From assembly GCA_964457085.1 (NCBI GenBank), contig CAYWDM010000002.1, positions 116,037-180,036 on the forward strand: a DNA stretch of 64,000 nucleotides. The letters are read 5' to 3'. Positions 1 through 9,768 of this stretch are shown piece after piece (position 1 is the stretch's first letter; each line of letters opens with the position of its first letter). The notes beneath the pieces were generated by a model. That model ran no database searches. It saw nothing but the letters and a program-made list of their open reading frames with translations, and had not been told where the DNA came from. The position numbers and the translations under genes are program-made. The DNA is from an uncultured Pseudomonadales bacterium. GTDB lineage: Bacteria > Patescibacteriota > Microgenomatia > UBA1400 > PJMF01.

Positions 1-725
1 TTGAATCAAGATCGGGTGCGTCAAAACCAAGCGACACAAAAATTGCACAGTCCTCAGAAAAACCAGTGGAGCGGAAGCGAACTCCAGATGAGAGAACTGA
101 GCTAATACTTGCAAGTCATCGGATCAAGGATTTACTCCCTGAGTTAGCACGAGTCCTACGGGAGATCAGTCAAGCAAATTGGGAGCAACTAGCTCCAATC
201 GTTGAGTTAATTGTGTTGTATCAACAAGGAAATCAACTACAAGATGATATCTTTGCTGAAGCAAATATTACTGAAGAATATGCAGCAAAATTATATATTA
301 GACTTGGTGAGTTTTTACTTCAGGGAACGCAGTCATCAAAATTAAAGGATGTGGTTCTCGGACTACGGTCTGAAGGACACAAGAACATATCGACATTACG
401 GCAGCATGCCTTAAAAAGTCAGAAAATGGATAGTACTGTGAAGATGAATTCTACGATAGTTTCTCAGATCCAGCGTTCTGTAGGAATACTGCGCAGATTA
501 ACTATGATTCAAGATGAGATGGAATTATACCAAGATCAACGCTCACTTGCAGCTTTGTTGGCAACTAACCAATCAAGCGAACCACCTGATTCTGCGTTAG
601 CCCAAATAGGTAGAGAAATGACAAATAAATTCAATGAAGTTGATGAAATAGTAACCACTCTTTCAGAGATATTACAGCAATTAATCGGTGCCAAAATTTT
701 GGCTACTAGAAAAGTGAGAGCATAG
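1..725 (+). CDS. Hypothetical protein, possibly 5'-partial. The frame is open to the window start; the track starts it at GTG 66.
   Basis: Long ORF with no in-frame stop back to position 3, helical/polar composition. No recognisable motif. Confidence 0.45.
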   Translation, partial: ESRSGASKPSDTKIAQSSEKPVERKRTPDERTELILASHRIKDLLPELARVLREISQANWEQLAPIVELIVLYQQGNQLQDDIFAEANITEEYAAKLYIRLGEFLLQGTQSSKLKDVVLGLRSEGHKNISTLRQHALKSQKMDSTVKMNSTIVSQIQRSVGILRRLTMIQDEMELYQDQRSLAALLATNQSSEPPDSALAQIGREMTNKFNEVDEIVTTLSEILQQLIGAKILATRKVRA

Positions 726-792
726 GTATCTCTTTGCACAGCTACTATTCAAATCTTGATTAAAATTACTTACAATCTGATATGATTGCTGC

Positions 793-1479
793 ATGTGGGT
801 CACATCAAAACTTAAATTATCTGTAATTGTTCCAATCTTCAATGAAGAGAAAACCGTGGTAAAGGTGTTGCAAAAGCTTCTTGCTTCGACCGAAGTTTTT
901 GAAGTGGTGGTGGTTGATGATGGCTCAACAGATGGTTCACTTAAAAAGATACAACAGCTCAAACACAAAAAACTTCGAGTTTTTTCAAAAGCTAATGGTG
1001 GCAAAGGTAGTGCGGTACGGTACGGTTTAGAAAAAGTTACTGGTGACTATGTGTTAATCCAAGATTCCGATTTGGAATACGATCCTGATGATATTCCAGT
1101 GTTGGTTGAGCCAGTGAAAAAAGGTAAAGCTGAGGTTATATATGGTTCAAGATTTTTAGGTTCACACTCGAATTTGCTGTTTTGGCATCGAGTTGGAAAT
1201 AGCTTTTTAAATTTCGTGGTCAATATCATGTATGACACTACACTGTCGGACATGGAAACTTGTTACAAATTATTGCCCACAGAATTATTCCGATCACTTG
1301 ACATTAAAGCGAATAAATTTGACATGGAACCTGAGATTACCTGCAAAATGCTGCGTAAAAAAGTCAAGATTTATGAAGTGCCCATTACCTATGTAGGGAG
1401 AGACTTCACTGAAGGCAAAAAAATTACTTGGCGCGATGGATTTGGAGCGCTGTGGATGATTTTTAAACTGAGATTTTAA
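793..1479 (+). CDS. Family-2 glycosyltransferase (DPM1/GtrB-like polyprenol-phosphate sugar synthase).
   Basis: N-terminal VIVPIFNEEKTV, the DDGSTDGS (DXD-like) motif, DSDLEYDPDD and a conserved GT-A core. Confidence 0.85.
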   Translation: MWVTSKLKLSVIVPIFNEEKTVVKVLQKLLASTEVFEVVVVDDGSTDGSLKKIQQLKHKKLRVFSKANGGKGSAVRYGLEKVTGDYVLIQDSDLEYDPDDIPVLVEPVKKGKAEVIYGSRFLGSHSNLLFWHRVGNSFLNFVVNIMYDTTLSDMETCYKLLPTELFRSLDIKANKFDMEPEITCKMLRKKVKIYEVPITYVGRDFTEGKKITWRDGFGALWMIFKLRF

Positions 1480-3839
1480 TGATGAAAACAGCTCGGTTCA
1501 CTCGCTGGTTGATGCAACATAGTTGGTTTTTTGGCATGGTGGCAGTGGCGATGGTAGTGATTTGTTTGCGTTTTTCCCCGGCAGTTTTTCAAGGCAAGAC
1601 TTTGGTATTTGGTGATAATTATTCATTGATGGTTCCAGGTAAAATTTTTACGGCTACCTGGCTCAAACAAGGTGTGCTGCCATTGTGGAATCCACTGATT
1701 TTTTCTGGTCTGCCGTGGTTGGCTGATATTAACCAATCAGTTCTGTATTTCACTACAGCTTTTTTTGTTTGGTTTCACCCAGCGGTGGCTTTGAATTTAA
1801 CAATTACTAGTCATTGGTTGATTGCTTTTGTTGGTGCGTATTTACTCGGAAGGTTTTGGACCAAACAACATTGGCTGGGAATGGTGGCGGGGAGTTTGTG
1901 GATGTTGTCGACTCAAGTCACAGGGAGTAGCAACAATTTTTCTACACTGCAGTCAATTGTTTGGTTGCCGTTAATTGCTTTTTTTGGTTTGCAACTACGA
2001 AGTCGCTGGTGGGCAATTGCTGGGTTTGCTTTGACAATTTTGGCTGAGTTTTTGGGTGGATATCCACAACATGTCTTGTACGCCATCATGGCTGCAGTAT
2101 GGCTGTCAATTATTTGGGAGTTTGGTCCCTCCGCACCTTGGCAGTCGCTTACCAAGCTACGCCCCGAGATTGAGCAGTGGGTGAAAATGTGGGCTGTGGC
2201 AGGGGTGATGACTGTGGGATTATCAGCAGTGGCATGGCTGCCATTTGTAGAAACACTACAGCAATCGACTCGAATGACACAAACCAGTGAACAAGCAGCT
2301 GTCGGTTCACTTGATCCGGTGATGTTGGTAGTGAAGCCACTATTGCCGTATGCGTTTGATAAGCCCACTGCCGGAATGAAGTGGGGGCCAGCTTGGAGTG
2401 GTCAGCCAAATGTGGTGTTTTACTTTACTTGGATTGGAATACTTGCTTTGGTGACTCGATTCATTTGGTTTCGAAAAAAAATAGATCATTGGTTTTTTTG
2501 GCCAATTGCAATAACACTGACGTTTTCACTGGGTAGCAACTTGCCTGGATTCGCACAGCTGCAACAAGCCCTCCCTTTTCTACGAATTGCGAGGTATCCC
2601 AGCATGGTGATGATTGCTACTCAGTTATGGTTGATTGCTTGGTTGCTTGAAGTGTGGAGTGACAAACAGATGATTAAAAAGCTGTGGCAACATAGCTGGC
2701 GATGGTTGGGAGTAGCTGGTATATTTGGCGGCGTTTTTTGGTTGTTATCGGTTTGGCAATTTGCCCCTATTTGGTCATTCGTCGATCAAGTTTTGCAGGG
2801 CAAATTGAGTCATAGTGTTTTTCATACTTTGGCACGTGATCAAGTTATTGCTACGGTAATTGGACAGAATATTTTTATGGCTGCTGGATTGAGTCTTTTG
2901 GCTGGTTGGTTGTTGTCACGACAACGGTGGGCATGGTTTTGGGCGGTGATGACTCTCGATTTACTGTATGCCACTCAAAGCATGCTGTTTTTTGCACCTG
3001 CAGAAATTTACAGCTATCCTGAAAATAAATTATTAGAGCAACTCCAAGCAACAAGTGGTTGGCAGCACCGATCGCTGACTCGTAACGTCAATATGCCCTA
3101 TAGCGACTATGGATCTTACTGGGAGGCGATGGTAGTACGATCACCATTTTCTGATTCATTCGTAACGCCAGTGGAGTTACAACAATTTGCACATTTGCAA
3201 CATTTGAGAAATGGAGCTACTCCTGATTGGAATTTGGCATCACAAACTCCGATGGTGCATGGATATACGACATTACTGCCTCGGGATTACGATCAACTAT
3301 GGAGAACCTCAGTAGAACCAAGAATTAACTTTATTGCACAGGTTGATCCAAGCAATGCTCTGTTAGCAGAGTGGGCGGTTAAATATTATCTGGTAGACAC
3401 TGCATACAAAGTTACCGAATCAGTAGCTCATTTGCCAATTGTGGCCACTGATCAACAATGGCAACTGCATGAAATTCCCAAAGCCCTGTCTCGAATTCGG
3501 TTTCTGGATGGCACGCCGGTAAAACTTGATGGTGCGATCGAGACTCCTAATTCCATCGAACTAACGTTTGTAAATGCTTCTAGTTCAGCTAGTCTCATCG
3601 TGGCCGATCGTTATGACTCTGCTTGGAAGGCAGAAGTTAACCAACAGCCAGTCGTGATTGCTAATTATCGGGGGATGCGTCAGATTGCAATTCAACCTGG
3701 GAAAAACCAGGTCAAGCTGCAGTACCAACCACACAGTATTTGGTGGGGACTGGGGATCACGTTGGCTACAGCAACTAGCTTTTTAGCAGTCACCACATTC
3801 GTCTGCTTAACAAACCGCAAACGGTTTGTTACAATCTAA
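1479..3839 (+). CDS. Large polytopic membrane protein, probably a GT-C/YfhO-like glycosyltransferase partner of the upstream GT2.
   Basis: 786 aa, more than 12 hydrophobic helices rich in W/F, a C-terminal soluble domain. Its start overlaps the GT2 stop (ATGATGA). Confidence 0.6.
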   Translation: MMKTARFTRWLMQHSWFFGMVAVAMVVICLRFSPAVFQGKTLVFGDNYSLMVPGKIFTATWLKQGVLPLWNPLIFSGLPWLADINQSVLYFTTAFFVWFHPAVALNLTITSHWLIAFVGAYLLGRFWTKQHWLGMVAGSLWMLSTQVTGSSNNFSTLQSIVWLPLIAFFGLQLRSRWWAIAGFALTILAEFLGGYPQHVLYAIMAAVWLSIIWEFGPSAPWQSLTKLRPEIEQWVKMWAVAGVMTVGLSAVAWLPFVETLQQSTRMTQTSEQAAVGSLDPVMLVVKPLLPYAFDKPTAGMKWGPAWSGQPNVVFYFTWIGILALVTRFIWFRKKIDHWFFWPIAITLTFSLGSNLPGFAQLQQALPFLRIARYPSMVMIATQLWLIAWLLEVWSDKQMIKKLWQHSWRWLGVAGIFGGVFWLLSVWQFAPIWSFVDQVLQGKLSHSVFHTLARDQVIATVIGQNIFMAAGLSLLAGWLLSRQRWAWFWAVMTLDLLYATQSMLFFAPAEIYSYPENKLLEQLQATSGWQHRSLTRNVNMPYSDYGSYWEAMVVRSPFSDSFVTPVELQQFAHLQHLRNGATPDWNLASQTPMVHGYTTLLPRDYDQLWRTSVEPRINFIAQVDPSNALLAEWAVKYYLVDTAYKVTESVAHLPIVATDQQWQLHEIPKALSRIRFLDGTPVKLDGAIETPNSIELTFVNASSSASLIVADRYDSAWKAEVNQQPVVIANYRGMRQIAIQPGKNQVKLQYQPHSIWWGLGITLATATSFLAVTTFVCLTNRKRFVTI

Positions 3840-3889
3840 CTCTCGAGTTACGAATCAATCTGTATCGGGTTATTATTTTTGAGCATTTT

Positions 3890-4756
3890 ATGCCAACAAA
3901 GCGCGATTTTTACGAAGTATTAGGCTTGTCAAAAACATCTAGCGAAAGCGAGATTAAGTCTGCGTATCGCAAGATGGCTTTGAAGTTTCATCCTGATCGT
4001 AATAAAGCCGCCGACGCTGAGACCAAATTTAAAGAGATTAATGAAGCGTATCAAGTGCTTTCTGATAAACAGAAACGCTCGACCTATGATCAATTTGGTC
4101 ACGCTGCATTTGATCCAGCTAGTGGTATGGGTGGTGCAGGTGGTGGAAATCCATTCAGCGGTGGTTTTGGCGGTGGTGGACCATTCACTTGGTCATATAG
4201 TAGCTCTGGTGCAAATCAGAACTCTGATTTTGGTGATCCTTTTGATATTTTTGAATCGATTTTTGGTGGCGGTGGTTTTGGTGGGGGCGGACAGCGACGA
4301 CCACGGTATGGTTTGCAATTAACTTTTATGGAGGCAGCCAAAGGTGTCACTAAAGAAGTCTCGATTGATGGCAAGAAGCAAGTGATTAAAGTGCCAGCCG
4401 GAGCTAATGATGGCACCAGACTGAAATTTGATGATTTTGATGTCACCATTGATGTGGCACCACACGATCGATTCAAACGTGATGGTTATGACGTTTTTGT
4501 TGATCAGGAAATTAGTTTTGCGGTAGCAGCACTTGGTGGTCAAATTGAGGTACCGACACTCGATGGCAAATTGAAGATGAAAGTGCGTGCTGGTACACCG
4601 TCGCACATGTTGGTAAGACTGCGAGATGAGGGAATTCAGCGTTTGCAGAGTCGTGGTAAAGGCGATTTATACGTGCGTTTAATTGTTAAAGTGCCCCAGT
4701 CTTTAAGTCGAGAGCAAAAGCAGCTGCTTGAGGAATTGAAAAAGCTGGAATCATAG
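3890..4756 (+). CDS. dnaJ: DnaJ-domain co-chaperone (CbpA/DnaJ-like) with a G/F-rich region and no zinc-finger CxxCxGxG repeats.
   Basis: J domain (DFYEVLGLSKTSSESEIKSAYRKMALKFHPDRNK) with the HPD motif, a long Gly/Phe region, and a C-terminal substrate-binding domain. Confidence 0.9.
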   Translation: MPTKRDFYEVLGLSKTSSESEIKSAYRKMALKFHPDRNKAADAETKFKEINEAYQVLSDKQKRSTYDQFGHAAFDPASGMGGAGGGNPFSGGFGGGGPFTWSYSSSGANQNSDFGDPFDIFESIFGGGGFGGGGQRRPRYGLQLTFMEAAKGVTKEVSIDGKKQVIKVPAGANDGTRLKFDDFDVTIDVAPHDRFKRDGYDVFVDQEISFAVAALGGQIEVPTLDGKLKMKVRAGTPSHMLVRLRDEGIQRLQSRGKGDLYVRLIVKVPQSLSREQKQLLEELKKLES

Positions 4757-4786
4757 CGTATAATTTAGTCTGGAATTTGATGTTGA

Positions 4787-4816
4787 AGGACTGGAGGCTG
4801 CTCAAGTCCTTTTTTT
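4787..4816 (+). terminator. Rho-independent terminator after dnaJ.
   Basis: AGGACU-loop-AGUCCU stem followed by a T7 run. It lies inside the track's N-terminal extension of nusA. Confidence 0.55.
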
Positions 4817-4848
4817 GTAAAAACAGCAAAAAAATAATAAGGAAATGT

Positions 4849-6117
4849 ATGTCACAGACAAGCTCAGTTGTACGAACAGAATTTGCGGCTGCTATTGCCC
4901 AAATCGCTACCGAACGTAAGATTGCTCCAGAAGCAATTTTTGAAGGTATTCGCCAGGCGTTGGTCTCGGCTTTTCGTAAACAAATCGGTGAGTTGGAAGA
5001 TGAATTTTATTACTACACTGTCTTGAATGAAGAGTCAGGTGAAGCTAATATTTTCAAAGCTCCAGTGTTAGAGCGAGATGAGGAAACTGAAGAAATCACC
5101 AAATGGGATGAGACTAAAGCTGTGGATGTAACTCCAGCAGGTTTTGGTCGTATTGCCGCTCAAACTGCCAAGCAAGTTATTTTGCAGAAGATTCGTCGCA
5201 GTGAAAAAGATCAGATCATTTCTGATTACCAAGACAAAATCGGTGATGTGATTACTGCACAAGTACTCCGCATGGATGGTCGAGCAGTGATTATGGATAT
5301 CGGTCGTGGTCATGGTTTCATGCCTCCAGAAGAGCAGATGCGTGGTGAGTTTTATCGCTTAAACCAACGCTTTGCAGTCTTGATCAAAGAAATTGGTGAA
5401 ACCGTTCGCGGCAAAGTAATCATCGTGTCTCGTGCCGACAAAAAATTAGTTGAAAAGTTGTTTGAACGTGAGGTTCCAGAAGTTGCTTCAGGTGCTGTCA
5501 CCATTACTAACATTGCTCGTGAAGCTGGTGTCCGCACTAAATTAACTGTCAAATCAACTCAAGATGGTGTTGATCCAGTTGGTTCATGTGTCGGTCAGCG
5601 TGGCGTTCGTGTCCAGAGAGTTATTGAAGAATTAAATAACGAGAAAGTCGATATCATTCCTCACTCTGATGACATGTCCAAATTGCTGCAAGGTGCTTTG
5701 GCTCCAGCAGAAAACCTCAAGATTGAGTTAAATCCAATGGCGTTCCAAGCTGTGGTAATTGCTCCAGATGATCAATTGTCATTGGCAATCGGTCGTGGTG
5801 GTCAAAATGTGCGTTTGGCAGCTAAATTAACCGGCTATCAAATCACCATCAAGTCAGCAGAAGGCACAGTTAAGTCACAAGTGACCGGTACTGAAGAGCA
5901 TGAAATCGATACTTTTGAAGGTATGGCTCCAGAGACTAGAACTTTCTTGATTGAGAACAAACTCACCACTCTTGGTGACTTGGCTCGATTCAAAGATAAA
6001 TGGTTCGGTGCTAAAGAATTGAGTATGGAGCAGAAAGAATTGCTCAGTGCTCGAGTAACTGCATTTGAAAAAGAAGAATTAGCTAATCCTCGCCGCATCA
6101 ATCCTTTAACTGCATAA
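4849..6117 (+). CDS. nusA: Transcription termination/antitermination factor NusA.
   Basis: N-terminal domain, S1 and two KH regions (GRGGQNVRLA). An AAGGAA RBS precedes the ATG at 4849. The track start at 4777 is probably too far upstream because it runs through the terminator hairpin. Confidence 0.9.
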   Translation: MSQTSSVVRTEFAAAIAQIATERKIAPEAIFEGIRQALVSAFRKQIGELEDEFYYYTVLNEESGEANIFKAPVLERDEETEEITKWDETKAVDVTPAGFGRIAAQTAKQVILQKIRRSEKDQIISDYQDKIGDVITAQVLRMDGRAVIMDIGRGHGFMPPEEQMRGEFYRLNQRFAVLIKEIGETVRGKVIIVSRADKKLVEKLFEREVPEVASGAVTITNIAREAGVRTKLTVKSTQDGVDPVGSCVGQRGVRVQRVIEELNNEKVDIIPHSDDMSKLLQGALAPAENLKIELNPMAFQAVVIAPDDQLSLAIGRGGQNVRLAAKLTGYQITIKSAEGTVKSQVTGTEEHEIDTFEGMAPETRTFLIENKLTTLGDLARFKDKWFGAKELSMEQKELLSARVTAFEKEELANPRRINPLTA

Positions 6118-6213
6118 GTTATAGGTAATTTGGCGAAATTAGGTTGAGTGCGAAAATCGAGCAATTGGTTTTTGTAATTAACCTACATACAAAAGAGTTT
6201 TATAAGGAAACAC

Positions 6214-7719
6214 ATGGCACGTACATCACGACCTCCAATTATCACCATCATGGGTCATGTCGACCATGGTAAAACCACGTTGTTGGATTTTATTCGCAAA
6301 AGTAAAATCACTGCCGGCGAAGCAGGTGGTATCACTCAGCATATCGGTGCCTATCAGATCGAGTTTAAAGGCAAATTGATGACCTTTATCGATACTCCAG
6401 GTCACGCAGCATTCAACAAAATGCGCCAGCGTGGTGCCAGGGCGACTGATTTTGTGATTTTGGTGGTAGCTGCCAATGATGGTGTGAAACCTCAAACCAT
6501 TGAATCAATTCGTTACATCAAAGAGAGTAATGTCTCGTTCATAGTGGCGGTTAATAAAACTGATCTTCCAGGCGTTTTAGTTGATCAAGTTAAGGGTCAA
6601 TTAGCTGAACAGGGTGTGGTGGTAACTGAGTTTGGTGGTGACATTGAAGCAGTCGAGATCTCTGCCAAATCTGGCAAGGGTGTCGATAAATTACTTGAAA
6701 CTATTCAATTAATGGCTGAGCTCAAAGAGTTACAGGCTGATCCAGATGCTCCTTTGGAAGCAGTGGTGATTGAGTCTACAATGGATGCTCGCAAAGGTTG
6801 TGTGGCTCGAGTAATTGTTAAAAGTGGCACCATGACTGTTCGTCAAGATATTTATGTCGGCGATATTAGTGGTCGAGTTCGCCAATTAACCAACGAAAAA
6901 GGGGTAATTTTAGATAAGGTTTTGCCTGGTTGCCCAGCTGAGATGATTGGTCTGGCTGCTCCCGCAGATGTTGGTGCGGTGATCAAAGAAGCTGGCCGAG
7001 ATTATTCCATTGATGATGAAGAAATTGCTGAGTTGGAAGCCGAGGCAGGATTTGCCAATCAAGGTACCAGTGCATCAAGATTGAAGAGTTTTAATGAAAT
7101 GGATGTCGACTTTTTGCTGGGCGATAAACAGCGCTTAAAGCTAATTGTTAAGGCTGATGTTCGCGGTACACTCGAGGCAATTTTACAGATTCTTGATCCT
7201 GAAAGTGTTGAATTATTATCAGCTGGTTTGGGTCAAATCACCGAACAAGATGTCGATATGGCTCATACCACTGATGCCTTAGTTATTGCGTTTGATGTTA
7301 AAGTCAGTAAACAAATCAAGATTTTGGCCAAAGGTCAGGGTGTCAAAATCAAAGAATACGACATCATCTATCAATTGATTGAAGATCTGCAAAAACAGAT
7401 GCTGCGATTGATGGAACCAACCATTGGTGAAGTTATCACTGGCGAGGCTGAAATTATCCAGATTTTCGAGATGCGAGGCGAACGAATTGCCGGCGTGCGA
7501 GTACGCACTGGTGAAATCAAAAAAAATGATTTGTTCCATCTGAAGCGTGGTGAGGTAATTACTGCAAATCCAGTGATTAAATCCATTAAGCATGGAAAAG
7601 AGGACATCTTGGTAATCAAGACCAAAAATGAAGCCGGTCTTACGTTTAAAAACAAAAAATTAGATTTTGTAGTGGGTGACCTGTTAATCGCATACAAAGA
7701 CGAAGACGCGATTGAATAG
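6214..7719 (+). CDS. infB: Translation initiation factor IF-2, short form lacking N-terminal domains.
   Basis: G1 motif GHVDHGKTTLLD, DTPGH, NKTD, and a C-terminal beta-barrel. 501 aa is typical of reduced genomes. Confidence 0.92.
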   Translation: MARTSRPPIITIMGHVDHGKTTLLDFIRKSKITAGEAGGITQHIGAYQIEFKGKLMTFIDTPGHAAFNKMRQRGARATDFVILVVAANDGVKPQTIESIRYIKESNVSFIVAVNKTDLPGVLVDQVKGQLAEQGVVVTEFGGDIEAVEISAKSGKGVDKLLETIQLMAELKELQADPDAPLEAVVIESTMDARKGCVARVIVKSGTMTVRQDIYVGDISGRVRQLTNEKGVILDKVLPGCPAEMIGLAAPADVGAVIKEAGRDYSIDDEEIAELEAEAGFANQGTSASRLKSFNEMDVDFLLGDKQRLKLIVKADVRGTLEAILQILDPESVELLSAGLGQITEQDVDMAHTTDALVIAFDVKVSKQIKILAKGQGVKIKEYDIIYQLIEDLQKQMLRLMEPTIGEVITGEAEIIQIFEMRGERIAGVRVRTGEIKKNDLFHLKRGEVITANPVIKSIKHGKEDILVIKTKNEAGLTFKNKKLDFVVGDLLIAYKDEDAIE

Positions 7720-7731
7720 TTAGCCGATTAT

Positions 7732-8013
7732 ATGCAGTTCACAATTTTAGTTAACGATTCCACTGCTCATGGTGCAGAATCAGAACAAGGTCATGCACAC
7801 ACGACAGAGTCAGAATTACCAAAACGTGCAGGTAGACTTGTCCAGATTTTAGACATTGCTTTTGGTTCAGCGATTTCGTTTAGTGCTGATGGTAATGTGG
7901 TAATTGCCAAGAGATTTGACGAAACTGATCTTGGCGGCAAGTTACTTGAAGCTGTTAAACACAAGCTTGATGACTATTGCCGTCTCAATGGATTGAAATA
8001 TACGACTGTTTAG
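7732..8013 (+). CDS. Small hypothetical protein directly downstream of infB, possibly DUF503/YlxP-like.
   Basis: 93 aa, 12 bp after the infB stop. The position matches ylxP in nusA-infB operons, but sequence similarity is weak. Confidence 0.35.
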   Translation: MQFTILVNDSTAHGAESEQGHAHTTESELPKRAGRLVQILDIAFGSAISFSADGNVVIAKRFDETDLGGKLLEAVKHKLDDYCRLNGLKYTTV

Positions 8014-8049
8014 TTGCTTGCTTTCCAAATTTACTGTAAATGAGTCGAT

Positions 8050-8077
8050 TTGATTTCTTCCGGTAACTCGGTATAAG
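8050..8077 (+). promoter_or_regulatory. Putative sigma70-like promoter (TTGATT-16-TATAAG) upstream of the 8113 ORF.
   Basis: Hexamer match and spacing seen in the sequence. Confidence 0.3.
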
Positions 8078-8112
8078 ATGTTGTTCTAGTACCTTATTTT
8101 TTTTGAAAGCAG

Positions 8113-9225
8113 ATGTATATGGCTGAACAAACAGAAAAACCAAAATTTGATTTAGAAAAAGCAATTGCGGAGATGTTGGCGGTCCCTGAATTTACCAAAC
8201 TTAAGCTTGATGTCTGGGCTAAAAAAATGGGAATTGAAGCTAGCTCAAGGGACTTACGAGCCAAGGTGATTGATTGGCTGGTGAATTATCCAGATCAAAA
8301 GCAAGCGGAACAATTGATGAGTAAAATTCATTTTATGGATTTTGCATTCATTTCTTCCCAAGTAATACCACGTTGGAACGAGGCAAAAAAATCTCAGCCA
8401 GAACAATCAAAGCTCACTCCCTCACAGGAAAAATTATTTAAATTAGTGGGTGCGACTGCAGCTACGGGTACCGCAATTGCTGTTTCAGAAATAGTTCGAC
8501 GACTAGACCAATTAATTAATGGTGGCGAACAAGTTTTTAGTGCTAACATCAACACGGCTGAGTTAGTCCAAGATTTAGAACAGAAACTGGATGGCAAAAA
8601 AATCACTATCCAACAGTCACTAGGTGGAAGAACTGGAGCTGGTGATACGCTAACTCTTATTGATGGACAAGACAAAGTGCTGTTGACCATAACGATCAAG
8701 AACTCAGCAGAAAATGCTCCATTAAACAAAACTTTATTTAGTGATGAAGAGCCTCGAAAAATGCCTAAAGTTGAGGTAATGGTCAGCAAATCAAATGGTG
8801 GAAATTTCTTTGAAAAAGGCGTTGACCTCTATGGAAGTGGCAAGCGGGCAATTCAGCAACTGCAAACTGGAGGTAGCGGAGTTGTTAATAGTATTCTGAA
8901 TGCAGCTGACGATGTGGGTGAAATGATTGGGTTAGTTGATTTGCCCAATCAAGTTTCTAATGTGATTGAAAAATTAGCAGAGCGAGAAGAACAGGAGTTT
9001 GATCGTGAGTCAGATGAGATTGCTACTCTTAATAATAATCAACTCGAGTTAGTACTTTCTGCTTTATTGTGTACAAGTTGTGGCGTGCCTCGACCTAAAG
9101 AAGCAAGTGCATTATGCGCACAATGTGGTGCTGCACTGGCAAATCGAGTAGAGGCCGATGTTGGTAAATACGGACAACAATTGGTTAAATTTAAGCAAAT
9201 GGGAATGGTTGACTCAGATAAATGA
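8113..9225 (+). CDS. Hypothetical protein with a C-terminal CxxC...CxxC zinc ribbon.
   Basis: 370 aa with CTSCGVPRPKEASALCAQCG at the C-terminus. No other recognisable motif. Confidence 0.5.
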   Translation: MYMAEQTEKPKFDLEKAIAEMLAVPEFTKLKLDVWAKKMGIEASSRDLRAKVIDWLVNYPDQKQAEQLMSKIHFMDFAFISSQVIPRWNEAKKSQPEQSKLTPSQEKLFKLVGATAATGTAIAVSEIVRRLDQLINGGEQVFSANINTAELVQDLEQKLDGKKITIQQSLGGRTGAGDTLTLIDGQDKVLLTITIKNSAENAPLNKTLFSDEEPRKMPKVEVMVSKSNGGNFFEKGVDLYGSGKRAIQQLQTGGSGVVNSILNAADDVGEMIGLVDLPNQVSNVIEKLAEREEQEFDRESDEIATLNNNQLELVLSALLCTSCGVPRPKEASALCAQCGAALANRVEADVGKYGQQLVKFKQMGMVDSDK

Positions 9226-9357
9226 TTTTTTGAGTCTGCGACAGTGAATAGAGTGTCGTCTGGTATAATACCTCCATTAATATGGTTACTTTGTTGATTG
9301 GTGCGGTTGGTTTGGTTTCTGACCGATTACGAATCAAGCAAGGGTGAAAGGATACCT

Positions 9358-9627
9358 ATGGCACTCGATAAAGCCAAAAAAGACCAAGTTATCAAAGACT
9401 TTCAAATTTTTGAAGGTGACACTGGATCTCCAGAGGTTCAGATTGCTTTGTTGACTATTTCTATCCAAGAGCTCACTGAGCACTTGAAGAAAAACAAGAA
9501 AGACAATCATTCTCGCCGTGGTTTGTTGAAGCAGGTTTCGAAACGCCGTCGCTTATTGAGCTTCTTGCTCAAGAGAAGTGAAGAGCGTTACCAAGCTGTA
9601 ATCAAGAAATTAGGTTTGAGTAAATAA
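9358..9627 (+). CDS. rpsO: 30S ribosomal protein S15.
   Basis: 89 aa (MALDKAKK...[14 protein letters not shown]...HSRRGLL), classic S15. An AAAGGA RBS precedes the ATG at 9358; the track start at 9298 is too long. Confidence 0.93.
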   Translation: MALDKAKKDQVIKDFQIFEGDTGSPEVQIALLTISIQELTEHLKKNKKDNHSRRGLLKQVSKRRRLLSFLLKRSEERYQAVIKKLGLSK

Positions 9628-9672
9628 CTTGATCGTTTGCACCGAAAAGTGCATTGACTTGAAAATAAAAAA

Positions 9673-9697
9673 CCACCTCGAAAGGGGTGGTTTTTTG
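9673..9697 (+). terminator. Rho-independent terminator after rpsO.
   Basis: CCACCUC-GAAA-GGGGUGG (GNRA tetraloop) followed by U6. Confidence 0.8.
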
Positions 9698-9768
9698 GTT
9701 GTACAAATAACGAGAGTGATCTGAGGTGAATGATTGATTTTGATCAGTAATCTCTGTACAGTGATGGT

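Noticed and set aside
1913-2409. Minus-strand ORFs of 151 and 86 aa antisense to the 786-aa membrane protein. The same applies to many other short antisense ORFs in the track inside dnaJ, infB, the giant genes, pnp, ftsK and alaS.
   Set aside because: All are fully embedded antisense in strongly supported genes. They lack RBSs and have biased composition typical of shadow ORFs.
4777-4848. N-terminal 24-aa extension of NusA proposed by the ORF track.
   Set aside because: The extension spans the dnaJ terminator hairpin and T-run (4787-4816). The ATG at 4849 has an AAGGAA RBS and begins the conserved NusA N-terminus.
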